Shown in pieces: positions 54,001 to 63,234 of a stretch of DNA of 64,000 nt. Position 1 is the stretch's first letter. Each line of letters begins with the position of its first letter. This DNA comes from Girardia tigrina (lineage: Eukaryota), in the NCBI GenBank assembly GCA_001938485.1, contig MQRK01219574.1:62001-126000 (forward strand), given 5' to 3'. Position numbers and translations under genes: made by a program. Below the pieces are notes generated by a model. The model did no database searches, was not told the DNA's origin, and worked only from the letters and a program-made list of their open reading frames with translations.

Positions 54001-55913
54001 CAAAATTTAAAGGGTAGCAAGTGTTAAAAATCTTTTGAATTGCTTTAAATCAGAGGTGTTCAAACGGTCGATCGCAACCAGTTTTTAAGTCGATGGCATA
54101 CATATTTATAAAAAAATTCTGGATATTTTTTACTATTATTGTAACTGTTTCCTCTTCTATGCCGCCTGTGATATGCTTATCATTCCCCATTGTACAGTCA
54201 TACCCGTTTATTCATATCGCACTTTATCGCACGATGTAAAAGACTAAAACAGTGATGAGTGGAAATTTTTTTTGGCTTAATTAGTACCGCGAATTATGTT
54301 GTAAGTGTGGTTTTTTATTTTTATCCAATGACTACATTCAAATCCAGGAGTGTTCAAACAGTTGATGATTCAGGGGCGGAACTATACTATCGCCAGTCCC
54401 CGCAAGGCGAGACGGGTCTACAGTAGCTCATTCCAAAGGCCAGAAAGTACTTTTGCATAGAGCGGGAACAAAATTTGTTCCAGACAATCACTTGCCGCCT
54501 AATATTTTTATAGTCGGTCGCCAATGGTTTAGTCTGAGCACCCCTGCTCTAAATGATTCGCCACAACAATGCAATTTATCCAATATATTTTTTTTATAAA
54601 CGAACACATCATGTCTAGATAAACTTAAATTTTAAATATCGTAAAATTATACACAAAAACATACATTTATCATTAATACTCAGTACCCTTTCCTTAAAGA
54701 TTATTCGATACACCATCAAAGTCTAAAATGTTTATTCACAAAAGAACCAATCTCAAATTGAACTGTAGGGGCATAGTATTATAAAAACTAAATTGCTTCA
54801 ATGAAATCAAAAAAAAATTGCCTATGTAAAAAATCGAATTCCAATCTTCCTTAAAATTTACTTGTAATTGAAAATGAAAGTTAATAATTACAATATTAAA
54901 TGAAGTCATTATTCAGAATTACATTAAAGTTAAAAAAAGAAAATTAAAATTTAGTCATATATATATTTGTCTAAAAAGTGTGTTTGTCGGTCACGCTTTT
55001 CAATATGAAAATGCGGATGAACTGGAGTGCATCCACTTATGTACGTGGTCAATCTGAATAGCCCGCATCAATACAATTCTGTCGGTGCAGCGACTTCGCC
55101 GAAAGGCTCTGGGAGCCGATTTAACTGACTGACTGTTAAATCAACAAAGAATTCGAAACAATAAATAATAAATTTTAATAATTACGATTTAAAAATTAAA
55201 ACAGAAACTTAGAAAGCCGCAAATTCAACTCACTCATCATATATGACGGGCATTTTCCTAGTATATATATATATATATATATATATATNNNNNNNNNNNN
55301 NNNNNNNNNNNNNNNNNNNNNNNNNNNNNNNNNNNNNNNTATATATATATATTAGGGTGTATCATGAATGAAAAAAATCTGTAATTTCCATTTTCGGTAG
55401 TTATAAAAAGTTGATGCAAGTCTAATACTGTTCATATATGAAGAAAAAAGTTTGTTTAAACTGCGTTTATACCCCCGCCAATTCACTTTTTGCTGGCATA
55501 ATATGCACATGTGCATATATTCGAAAAAGCACTAGGTATTGAGGTCTAAGGTAGTAAGATATCGAAATTCTGTCTGAACACATGTATAGGAACCCATAGA
55601 TCAATAGTCGGAATATGATCTTAGATTTTTGAAAAAATCAATACATAGTGCTTTATTGATATGTTGTGTATTATAATGTAAAGTGGTGTTGAATGCCCAT
55701 AGATTATAGAGGGCGAAGCAAGCAAAATATGAAAAATCTGTTTGAACACATGTATAGTAACTCATATATGAATAGTCAGATTCCATATCAACATTTTTGA
55801 AAAAATCCATACCTAGTGCTTTTAAAATATATGCACAATGTGCATATTATGCCAGCAAAAATTGAATTGGCGGGGATATATATATATATATATATCTGAG
55901 ATCGAGATCATTN

Positions 55914-55944
<31 letters not shown>

Positions 55945-58900
55945 GAGATCGAGATCATTACCAAGAAATACACCAATGGTCGTTTGAGAATCGATCATGA
56001 AGTAGCCGATCAGTATGTTAATCAAGGATTTGCAATGATTGATAGTTTGATCGATAGATCATAATCAGAGTTTAAAAAGTTTTTGAACCAAATAGAAATC
56101 AAACTGGTCCTCCTTAAAGCCCAAATTAATAATTAAAAACAAGAAGAGGCAAGGGGTGGTTCTAGCCAGTCGAACAGTCATCATAAAGATCGAAGTTTCT
56201 CAATTAGATAATTATAAAATATACTTTAGAGAAATTAAATTCAAAGTTCTGAATAATCTAATCCTTAAATAATTATATACTGCATAATAAACAGAAAAAC
56301 ATGACTTAAAATTAAAAAAAAGTGATGAGTGAAGAGTTGTTGTCGAAAAGTAAGATAGATTTAACTAAGAATAATGTTAAAAATATAATCTTTGTCACAC
56401 ATTTCCATTCTTTTAATCAGATTTTGTATTGTTAGGTTAGATAAAAAATTTTAATAATCGTTTCATATTATATATTAATCGTTAATTACATATTAAATTA
56501 AAATTAAAATTTTTAATCCAATATGATTCTTTTATAATTTCGTGTATCGAGAAATTGAATAAAACTTATTAGAAATAAAAAAATGGAAAGGATTTAAGTG
56601 GGATCAAAAGCTGTTGATTCTGTAATTAACATAGAAAATTTGGTTGCTTTGATCTTCCGAAAAATTATTTGTATTTTTTTAATTTTAAAATGGATTTTTT
56701 ATTAAGAATTTTCAAACAATCTTATTTACGTATTTTCTGATGCTTTGTAATCGCACATTTGTTACATCATCCATACAAATTAAATTTTATTAATGCTATT
56801 TGAATTATAATGAATACAATAATGTAAGCCATAAATGTAAGCAATTTGGACATATTGCAAAATATTGCAAGTCGGGAAACGGACAGGGGAGTTTGTAGGC
56901 GCCGGTTCTCTCCCTCTGACATTTCCGGCGCTGCCAACCATGACTGTAATTGTTAACAACAAGTCGGTTATAGCGTTGAAAGATTCGGGTTGCTCAAAAA
57001 CTGTTGTTTTGAAAGGGTTGATCAAGGGAACTCGTTACAGTCAAATGAGCAACGAATTGTTTTGGCTAATGGCGATGATATATGTGTGGGGATTAGTGAT
57101 GCGGAATTGACTATAGACAATAGAACTATGAAAGTAGAATGTTCTGTCATGAAATACTTACCTTATGATTTGGGAATTTTAATTGGTATGGATGTTATAA
57201 GTGAACTTGAGTGTGTGAAAATTAATAAGGGTGTTATCGAATTTGGTGTGTATGTAGGAGAAGGAATAAAAAAGGCTGGTGACAATCTGAGTTGTGTCAC
57301 GGGTGTTGTGTCAAGTGTTAGCCTGAACAAACACAATTACGAGATTGAATTGAAAATAGATTGATTGAAAAATTAATAAAAACAAATCAAAATATTAACA
57401 TAAAAAATCAAATAAAAATTATTAAATATTAATTTAAGATTGTTGTGAAATTAAAACCAAATAAAATATAATTTATTAAGTCGATTTAAATTACAATAAA
57501 ATTAAAAAAATAAAATCAAAATAAAACATTATTTATTACATATCAGAGTCCAATTCAAACTGGGATTTCATAATCGAAATGACTGTAACTATTTCTAGAG
57601 TTAAACTCTAAATCTATCACAATGTTCAATGATTTGAAAATTTCAAAGTTGTGAGGAATATTTTGAATGTTTGATGTTTTGTGTTTGAATGTGTATGTTG
57701 ATTTGGAAATGTGTCTCTCCTACCCAGATGGATGATTAATATTTTAATTCTTATTGTCTATAAATATGTAATGTTTAAATTTATTTTTAAATTTAAATAA
57801 TTGTAAAATTTTAAATAAGTTTATTAATTTTTACAACTTTTAATAAATAAATCAAATTAATGGTGACCGGAAAATTCGACACGGAATATTTTCCGTGTCG
57901 AATTTTCCGCAAATCATTATCAGACATATGTCAATATAATATTTTTCAGGCCATTTGTCTATTATTTTTTATTTTTTCCATAACCTTCAATTTTAGGTAT
58001 TTTTTTATATCTAACCCCCAAATTTTGACTGAAAATTGACTGAATTTTCCGAGTGTTGAATTTTCCGTGTGTCGAATTTTCCGTGTGTAGAATTTTCCGC
58101 AAATCATTATCAGATATATGTCAATATAATATTTTTCAGGCCATTTATCTATTATTTTTTATTTTTTCCATAACCTTCAATTTTAGGTATTTTTTTATAT
58201 CTAACCCCCAAATTTTGACTGAAAATTGACTGAATTTTCCGCGTGTCGAATTTTCCGTGTGTCGAATTTTCCGCAAATCATTATCAGATATATGTCAATA
58301 TAATATTTTTCAGGCCATTTGTCTATTATTTTTTATTTTTTCCATAACCTTCAATTTTAGGTATTTTTTTATATCTAACCCCCAAATTTTGACTGAAAAT
58401 TGACTGAATTTTCCGCGTGTTGAATTTTCCGCTGTGTCGAATTTTCCGCAAATCCAAATTAATATTTTTTAATAATTAATAATCATTTTAATTTTTATCC
58501 AATAAATTTTGAACATTAATAATAAGAATTAATTCATTAATCAATTTAGTTTAGAATGCACTCGTACGAAAGCTTTGACAAAGGTTGTCTTAAGGACAAT
58601 CAAAATTGTTGCGTGAATAAAAATATGAAAAGTCAAATCGGTGTTCTTAATAAAAGTCGATATTTCGAGTCCACAACTCGAAATAGTTGTCCAGTCGAGT
58701 CGGTTGTGGTGATAAAATGACTCGACAATTAAGGGTAGAATTTTAATGTTTTGGTGCGGTGCAAACGTGGGATTACGGTAGAATCCATAACTATTTGGTT
58801 CGACAATCGTCCGCTTTGTGAGGACTCAAACGCAAACAAAAATAATATAAAAATATAATTAATATTTCCAGCTTTGTTTTAAACTTAAAATGGGAAAATA

Positions 58901-61294
58901 TTTTATTATTTAAATTAAATTAAAATATATTAAAAATAAAAAAATACTAAATATTTCAAAATTCATCTAGAAATAAAAAAAATACAATTTTATAAAATCA
59001 AATTAAATTATAATAAAAAAATATATCAAATATTTAAAAAATCATCTAAAATTAAAAATCATAAAAAACTTTATTAATTCAATTAATATGATAATAAAAC
59101 TGAAAAAAATAAAATAAAATAAATAAAAATATATAATAAATATTTTAAAAATAAACTCAAAATTAAAAAACCAAAAAATATAATTAAATAAAAACAAATA
59201 AAAAATCAAATATTTCTAAAATTATTTTAAATATAAAAAACAAAAATAATTTATTATTTAAATTAAATTAAAATATAATAAAAACTAAAAAATAAAAAAA
59301 TAAAAATACTAAATATTTCAAAATTCGTCTAGAAATAAAAAAAATACAATTTTATTAAATCAAATTAAATTATAATAAAAAATAAAAAAATATATATCAA
59401 ATATTTAAAAAATCATCTAAAAATTAAAAATCATAAAAAAATTATTAATTCAATTAATATGATAATTAAAATGAAAAAAAAATAAAATTAAATAAAAACA
59501 AATAAAAAATATTATAAAATAAAAATAGTAAAATCGTTATTAAAATAAAAAAAATCAAAAGTATTTTATTATTTAAAGAAAATTAAATTATAATAAAAAT
59601 AGAAAATAAAATAAAATAAATAAAAATATATAATAAATATTTTAAAAATAAACTCAAAATTAAAAAACTAAAAAATATAATTAAATAAAAACAAATAAAA
59701 AAAATCAAATATTTCCAAAATTACTTTAAATATAAAAAACAAAAATAATTTATTATTTAAATTAAATTAAAATACAATAAAAATTAAAAAATAAAATAAA
59801 AAAATATTAAATATTTCAAAATTCGTCTAGAAATAAAAAAACACAATTTTATTAAATCAAATTAAATTATAATAAAAAATAAAAAAATATATCAAATATT
59901 TAAAAAATCATCTAAAAATTAAAAATCATAAAAAACTTTATTAATTCAATTAATATGATAATTAAAATGAAAAAAAATAAAATTAAATAAAAACAAATAA
60001 AAAATATTATAAAATGAAAATAGTAAAATCGTTATTAAAATAAAAAAAAGTATTTTATTATTTAAAGGAAATTAAATTATAATAAAAATAGAAAATAAAA
60101 TAAAATAAATAAAAATATATAATAAATATTTTAAAAATAAACTCAAAATTAAAAAAACAAAAAATATAATTAAATAAAAACAAATAAAAAAATCAAATAT
60201 TTCCAAAATTATTTTAAGTATAAAAAAACAAAAATATTTATTATTTAAATTAAATTAAAATATAATAAAAATTAAAAAATAAAAAAAGACAATTGTATTA
60301 AATTAAATTAAATTATAATAAAAAAAATATATCAAATATTTAAAAAATCATCTAAAAATTAAAAAACATAAAAAATATAATTTTATTAAATCAATTTAAA
60401 TTATCATAAAAATAAAAGCAAATAAAATTAAAAACAAATGAAAATAAAGAAAATTAAATATTTAAATAAAAAAACAAAAAATAACTTTAATAAATCAATT
60501 AATGTGATAATAAAATTAAATAAAAACAAATAAAAAAATGTTATAAAAAATAGGAAATATTTCAAAAATCGTTATTAAAATAATTTAAATTTTATTACAG
60601 CAATTTAAATTATAAAAATTTAAAAAAAATAATAAATGTTCCAAAAATTGACAAAGACAACAAAAATATAATTTTATTCAATCAGTTTAAATTGTAATAA
60701 AAATAAAAAAATATAAAATATTTAAAAAATATAATTTTATTAAAATAATTTATGTTATAATAAAAATGAAAAAAAATAAATTAAATAAAATACAAATAAA
60801 AATGTTAAAAATACAATTTTATTAAATTAATTTAAAATGTAATAAAAATATTAAAATTTATAAATATAGTCTAAAGTTCATAAAAATATAATTTAATTTA
60901 ATCAAATTATTATAAAAATAAAAAAATCTCAAAATTAAAAAAATCTTAAAAAATTAATTAAAAATTTTAAAAGAATTTTCGAAAAATATATGATAAATCC
61001 GAGTGAATCTCTCACCTCAAATCGACAATCGTCCGCTTCGTGAGGCCTCACAAACGCATTCTGCAATCTAATCGATCCCCGACAACCGAAATTCACATCG
61101 TCTTTCGATTTGAAATAACTGAGAACTCCGTCTTTCAGATAGAAAAACCGTTCTTGCCATCCGTGCAGCATATTCGTCCATTTATTCAATTTTCCTTGAA
61201 TAATTGGCAATCTCTCTTCATCGCTGATTTCTTCATCTGTCAAATACAGATTTTCGTGACTGTCGCGATTTTGTTTCGCTAGCAATGTGTGCAT
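7201..61294 (-). CDS. CERT1: Ceramide transfer protein gene, 7 coding exons, about 797 aa: join of 61016-61294, 45628-45869, 21313-21631, 18745-19065, 18320-18692, 13697-13947, 7201-7809
   Basis: Exon translations follow the known CERT sequence in order: KWTN..GWQ PH domain, [47 protein letters not shown] domain with NPGGWAP. All six introns are GT-AG with matching phases (0,2,0,0,1,0). Total 2394 nt is divisible by 3. Confidence 0.95.
8249..8863 (+). mobile_element. Mariner 5' half: TIR plus HTH region of the transposase
   Basis: Starts in a (TA)n tract with TAGGGTTGCCTCATAAGTTTTG; ORF 8480-8863 has the mariner HTH, REGR and WVSH motifs; truncated before the DDD domain. Confidence 0.85.
9166..10497 (+). 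mobile_element. Polinton/Maverick (adintovirus-like) protein-primed DNA polymerase B fragment, disrupted
   Basis: [95 protein letters not shown]. In-frame stop at 9945, frameshift near 10150, truncated before the KxxxNSxYG and YxDTDS motifs. Confidence 0.92.
10500..10735 (+). mobile_element. Mariner C-terminal relic with right TIR
   Basis: [28 protein letters not shown] resembles [19 protein letters not shown]; degenerate TIR at 10706-10735. Confidence 0.6.
11763..12072 (-). mobile_element. Penelope-like element, GIY-YIG endonuclease fragment
   Basis: [31 protein letters not shown], then after a frameshift [27 protein letters not shown]. Confidence 0.85.
12630..12900 (+). mobile_element. 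Second Penelope-like 3' end with pseudo-LTR
   Basis: [38 protein letters not shown] parallels the minus-strand copy; followed by a hammerhead core and AATAAA. Confidence 0.65.
12835..12872 (+). ncRNA. Minimal type I hammerhead ribozyme, probably degenerate
   Basis: AGTA-CTGATGA-T-GCCT TGC AGGC-GAAA-CCGATA-TATT: both conserved core boxes, stem II, and a short stem I. Confidence 0.6.
13058..13193 (+). repeat. Interspersed repeat starting TGTGAG, possible LTR group B
   Basis: Clear inverted homologue at 51671-51803 with the same TGTGAG start. Confidence 0.5.
13697..13947 (-). CDS. CERT1: CERT exon 6: start of START domain
   Basis: Acceptor TAATAG, phase 1; [30 protein letters not shown]; donor CAG|GTAGT. 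Confidence 0.92.
15230..15691 (-). mobile_element. Diverged solo LTR, group A
   Basis: Reverse complement matches the group A 5' region (ATGTTTTGTG..TTGATATTGTGTC..CAAATGATTGATTAATATTTCAATTCT); TSD not resolved. Confidence 0.5.
17048..18079 (+). mobile_element. Internally deleted hAT (Buster/Charlie-type) element
   Basis: CAGTGGTGGG...CCCACCCCTG termini, perfect 8-bp TSD GTTTACAT; ORF 17601-17900 joins an N-terminal segment ([19 protein letters not shown]) to a C-terminal one (LSDNHL..IRL..SEYKPNF). Confidence 0.88.
17247..17442. mobile_element. 196-bp hAT MITE nested in the element above
   Basis: TIR CAGTGGTGGCCAA / TTGGCCACCACTG; perfect TSD ACTTAAGG. Confidence 0.9.
18320..18692 (-). CDS. 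CERT1: CERT exon 5: coiled coil and FFAT motif
   Basis: Acceptor TGTTCCAG after a 52-nt intron; [36 protein letters not shown]; [13 protein letters not shown]; donor C|GTTAGT. Confidence 0.92.
18745..19065 (-). CDS. CERT1: CERT exon 4: low-complexity insertion ending in [10 protein letters not shown]
   Basis: Acceptor TTCTCCAG; phase 0-0, 107 codons; conserved DFKGEA motif; donor AAA|GTTAAT. Confidence 0.85.
19520..20097 (+). mobile_element. MULE transposase C-terminal relic with repetitive right end
   Basis: [45 protein letters not shown]; subterminal CGAAATTACTGG repeats. Confidence 0.7.
20100..20537 (+). mobile_element. Highly decayed mariner relic
   Basis: PKKTIAHAW-like segment; ends GGGAACTTATGGAACAACACAA followed by TA, resembling a mariner TIR. 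Confidence 0.4.
21313..21631 (-). CDS. CERT1: CERT exon 3: middle region
   Basis: Acceptor CTTTTCAG; [15 protein letters not shown] continues the CERT motif DILCRQVDTLQKYFD; donor CCG|GTAAA. Confidence 0.9.
22150..22385 (-). mobile_element. Ty3/gypsy integrase C-terminal (GPY/F-like) fragment
   Basis: [32 protein letters not shown]. Confidence 0.45.
22688..24006 (+). mobile_element. Full-length mariner (1319 bp) with inactivated transposase
   Basis: Perfect 25-bp TIR CAGGGTTGTCAACTAAGTTTTTTCC with (TA)n on both sides. Transposase 22917-23947 has [14 protein letters not shown] and YSPDLAPS, plus a frameshift, two stops and loss of the third Asp. Confidence 0.95.
26494..27030. mobile_element. 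MULE-like MITE with tandem subterminal AAATTCATCGAA repeats in inverted orientation
   Basis: About 20-bp repeats at 26505-26635 mirrored by TTCGATGAATTT repeats at 26925-27020; exact ends uncertain. Confidence 0.5.
27148..27357. mobile_element. pogo/Tigger-like MITE
   Basis: TA|CTGTATTTCCTCGA...TCGAGAAAATGCGG|TA. Confidence 0.55.
30517..31736 (+). mobile_element. Solo LTR, group A, interrupted by a pogo element
   Basis: TGTGAGGAATATT...GAGTTCTATTAAAA, TSD ATTAT; collinear with the copy at 32903-33366 once the insert is removed. Confidence 0.8.
30746..31502 (+). mobile_element. Non-autonomous pogo-like DNA transposon
   Basis: Perfect 18-bp TIR CCCTGTTTTATGGTTATA, TA TSD, repeated TAAGGTGCCAC motifs; relic [29 protein letters not shown] followed by an acidic tail. 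Confidence 0.85.
32903..33366 (-). mobile_element. Solo LTR, group A; contains assembly gap 33167-33237
   Basis: Minus strand TGTGAGGAATATT...GAGTTCTCTTAACA; perfect TSD GGTAA. Confidence 0.85.
35987..36497 (+). mobile_element. Solo LTR, group A
   Basis: TGTGAGGAATATTTT..CCCACCCAGATGGAAA; TSD CTTTC. Confidence 0.65.
36734..37943 (+). mobile_element. Mariner spanning assembly gap 36846-37827
   Basis: Perfect 29-bp TIR TTAGGTTGTTCGATATGAAACGGGTCAAA, TA on both sides; transposase tail [11 protein letters not shown] emerges from the gap. Confidence 0.88.
38030..38424 (-). mobile_element. Truncated solo LTR, group A
   Basis: Reverse complement GAATATTTGATGTTTTGTGTTTGAATG..TGTGTCTCTCCTAC and TACGAAAGTTTTGA match the copy at 57650. 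Confidence 0.6.
43700..44300 (+). mobile_element. Tc1/mariner-superfamily (maT/DD37D-like) transposase relic
   Basis: [30 protein letters not shown], then [15 protein letters not shown] and F.FYQD. Confidence 0.65.
44419..44482. repeat. Perfect 64-bp palindrome with no spacer
   Basis: AAATCTGCACCGATCCAATTTTCTACAATTAA|TTAATTGTAGAAAATTGGATCGGTGCAGATTT. Confidence 0.97.
45087..45363. mobile_element. piggyBac-type MITE
   Basis: TTAA|CCCTTCCTGTACC...GGTAAGGGAAAGG|TTAA with inverted TGCTGTGTA/TACACAGCA subterminal repeats. Confidence 0.7.
45628..45869 (-). CDS. CERT1: CERT exon 2: end of PH domain and serine-repeat motif
   Basis: Acceptor TTTTCAATAG; [48 protein letters not shown]; donor AA|GTAAT (phase 2). 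Confidence 0.93.
46400..47190 (-). mobile_element. Decayed mariner transposase
   Basis: [16 protein letters not shown] (LCARWVP-like), ILAENE (ITGDE-like), HPQYS..PIDFFL, and a CIEDDG tail. Confidence 0.65.
47374..47763. mobile_element. MULE-type MITE
   Basis: GGGTTTGTGTCAAATGAC...GTCATTTGACCAGATCCC; 9-bp TSD TTAATAAAT/TTAATTAAT (8 of 9 match). Confidence 0.7.
51671..51803 (-). repeat. Second copy of the group B repeat
   Basis: Inverted match to 13058-13193. Confidence 0.5.
52342..53902 (-). mobile_element. Tc1-like (DD34E) element, decayed, with a MITE-like insert at about 52409-52722
   Basis: TIRs CAGTCATGGTCAAAA / TTTTGGCCATGACTG; relic [13 protein letters not shown] (SPDLNPIENLW-like) near 52915-52965. 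Confidence 0.7.
54051..54546. mobile_element. hAT MITE related to the element at 17048-18079
   Basis: CAGAGGTGTTCAAACGGTCGATC...GAGCACCCCTG; TSD CTTTAAAT/CTCTAAAT. Confidence 0.75.
54955..55261 (+). mobile_element. Non-autonomous Helitron
   Basis: 5' TC(ATAT)n..GTGTGTTTGTC; 3' imperfect hairpin CTCATCAT..ATGACGGG followed by CTAG|T. Confidence 0.55.
55472..55875. repeat. Foldback structure: about 70-bp inverted arms around two internal direct repeats, between (TA)n tracts
   Basis: CCCCGCCAATTCA..TTTTTGCTGGCATAATATGCACA mirrored at 55808-55875; about 90-bp direct repeat at 55565 and 55732. Confidence 0.7.
56822..57364 (+). mobile_element. Ty3/gypsy Gag zinc knuckle and aspartic protease fragment
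   Basis: [43 protein letters not shown]; one frameshift. Confidence 0.8.
57650..58652 (+). mobile_element. Solo LTR, group A, interrupted by a tandem MULE MITE
   Basis: TGTGAGGAATATT...GGTGTTCTTAATA; perfect TSD AAAGT. Confidence 0.85.
57862..58454. mobile_element. MULE-type MITE made of three near-identical 174-190 bp units
   Basis: TIR core CGGAAAATTCGACAC; 9-bp TSD CAAATTAAT; units start at about 57901, 58091 and 58265. Confidence 0.8.
58890..60935. repeat. Extremely A-rich complex satellite with a period of about 490 bp
   Basis: Marker AATAAACTCAAAATT recurs near 59150, 59647 and 60136; TCTAGAAATAAAA and AATCATCTAAAA recur in register. Confidence 0.8.
61016..61294 (-). CDS. CERT1: CERT exon 1: acidic N-terminus and most of the PH domain
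   Basis: ATG at 61294; [46 protein letters not shown]; donor GAG|GTGAG at 61015. Confidence 0.93.
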
Positions 61295-61849
61295 TTCTCG
61301 ACAATTCTACAAAAAAATCGAAAAAATTTCCATAAATTAATTTCTTTTCTGCTATTTCATTTTCAATTTCGCAGACAAAATCGAATAAACTGAAATTAAT
61401 TCAATGATTCATTTAAACAAAATCGAAATTGTTGAATAAACGTATTTTGTATTGATACTAATAACGTATTTTATAATTTTCGAAATATAAATACATTTAA
61501 AGAAAATTTTTTTTTATTTTTAATGAGGAATTTCGACGGATACAACAGTCCTTGTCGGGTCATCAAGAAAATATGAATTTTAAATATGCTGATTGGTTAT
61601 GTAATCTAGAGAATAATTGTGTCATTAATTTTTATGAAAATGGTGTGTTTATATTTTTAAAACGAAATTCCAATTTTATACAATGATTATAATAACTCAC
61701 TTCTTATATTATATATAAGCCGAAAATTTGTGAAATGATTTTACACCAACTTCCAGTAATCTGATTGAACTGAAATTTTACTAAAATTTTTAATCCTGGT
61801 AGGAATATATCAACCAAATTAAAAATGTACTATCTGAATGATTAATGGT

Positions 61850-62370
61850 TCGAGTCCGAAGTTATCAGCAATGCCCCAACGCGATCCACTGATTTTTGCT
61901 ACTGTCGACTATAACATCTTCATAGTACATTTCCGAGTGCTTTGCAATTTGTGGGGCCGACCCGAGCTCGTGATGTAATGCATAATTTTTGATGCCGAAT
62001 AAAATCTAAAGCCCAGTCGTGTCAGGCACCAAGCCTTAACTTCATAGTGGATCACTTGATAGGGCGACAGGCTCCGGTTCACTTAGATTTAAAGATGTGG
62101 TCGCCACATATCTATAATCATGAGCTATGACCCAATATTCCGCCACCTGCGGAGATTTTCTGCACCAGTCGCATATTCCCTTGGTCGCATTAGCCATTGC
62201 CACAAGCGGAAGAATTGTCTTTTCTTTTCCCTTAAACGGGATGAGCTCCTGGCTAACCTCTTCTTCCTACTACTTGGTTGACGAGTATGCAATCGCTCCC
62301 CCAAAGTAACTCTGGTGATTCCTCAACACTCTTCCACTTCCATAATTCCGTCTATTAGCGGCCGTCAAAC
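61850..62370 (-). mobile_element. Possible LTR-retrotransposon gag-protease relic
   Basis: GC-richer island; two degenerate CCHC-like knuckles and a DTG-like motif are readable only with frameshifts. Confidence 0.3.
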
Positions 62371-62539
62371 TCGGTAAAATTACATGTAAATTTATATATG
62401 AGATCCGAACATAATCCAAATGGGGTTGGAGATTTATTACAAAACACATTTTGGATTTTATGTTTGTGATATTATTTTTAAATTAAAAGCATTATTTACG
62501 CATTTTAGAATTGAACGTTTAAATTGACCAAATCCCTCT

Positions 62540-63234
62540 GAATATGGAATGCTTAAAACGTTTTAAAACACTTGCTTAAACCCTGACGGTGCCATGGAAA
62601 AGTTTCCATCCATAAATAATGTGCTGCTTCTAGAAAGCAATTCTAAACACTAGCGTGAATCAAACGCAATAACTCTCGATTGAGAATCGGGACCAATATG
62701 AAACAGCAAAAATGGCTGCTCATTTATATCACCTGTAGTTGGCCATTTACCATCAATCACAATCTCCTGTAAAGTTGGTGGGTCTATCGTAAACAAACAG
62801 CTAGGTTGATTTCTGATAGTACTTTTAATGCTGTCTTGGGGCTCCCTTGGGATTCCCCATCTCACGATGCTTAGTGTATATGTATCCTTGGAAAATAATC
62901 TTTTTTCCACCTTTTTAATAAGAAATTCTATGACTGATGAAGAAGTAATAAAAATAATAAATAAATATATTCTTACTGTTAGTGAAAACACAATTCCGAA
63001 ATTCGAATTTATTAAAATTAAAAACAAGCTAAAATTTTATATTATTTAAACAACATAAAACGCGAGATAATTACAATAAAAAATTTCTAGACCTAGTTAA
63101 TTTAAAAATTATAATTAATTAATGTAGAATTTTTTCGGTATCTTTTTTTCCATGTACCCTATTTCTGGTACCTTTTTTCCATGTAGCTTTTTTTCCATGT
63201 AATCTTTTTTCCGGTACCTTTTTTTCCGCATACC
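62540..63234 (-). mobile_element. MULE 5' end with transposase relic
   Basis: PTLQEIVIDGKW..PFLLFHIGPDSQSRVIAF..LELLSRSSTLFMDGNFSMAP..FKQVF; terminal GGAAAAAAGGTAC repeats at 63130-63234. Confidence 0.75.

Noticed and set aside
55876-55960. Direct repeat (TA)n-TCTGAGATCGAGATCATT twice
   Set aside because: The copies are separated by a single N, so this is most likely a contig-overlap artefact
57862-58454. CRISPR-like regular repeats, also at 26505-27020 and 63130-63234
   Set aside because: Intervening sequences are identical or absent rather than unique spacers; they are MULE subterminal repeats in a eukaryotic context with no cas genes
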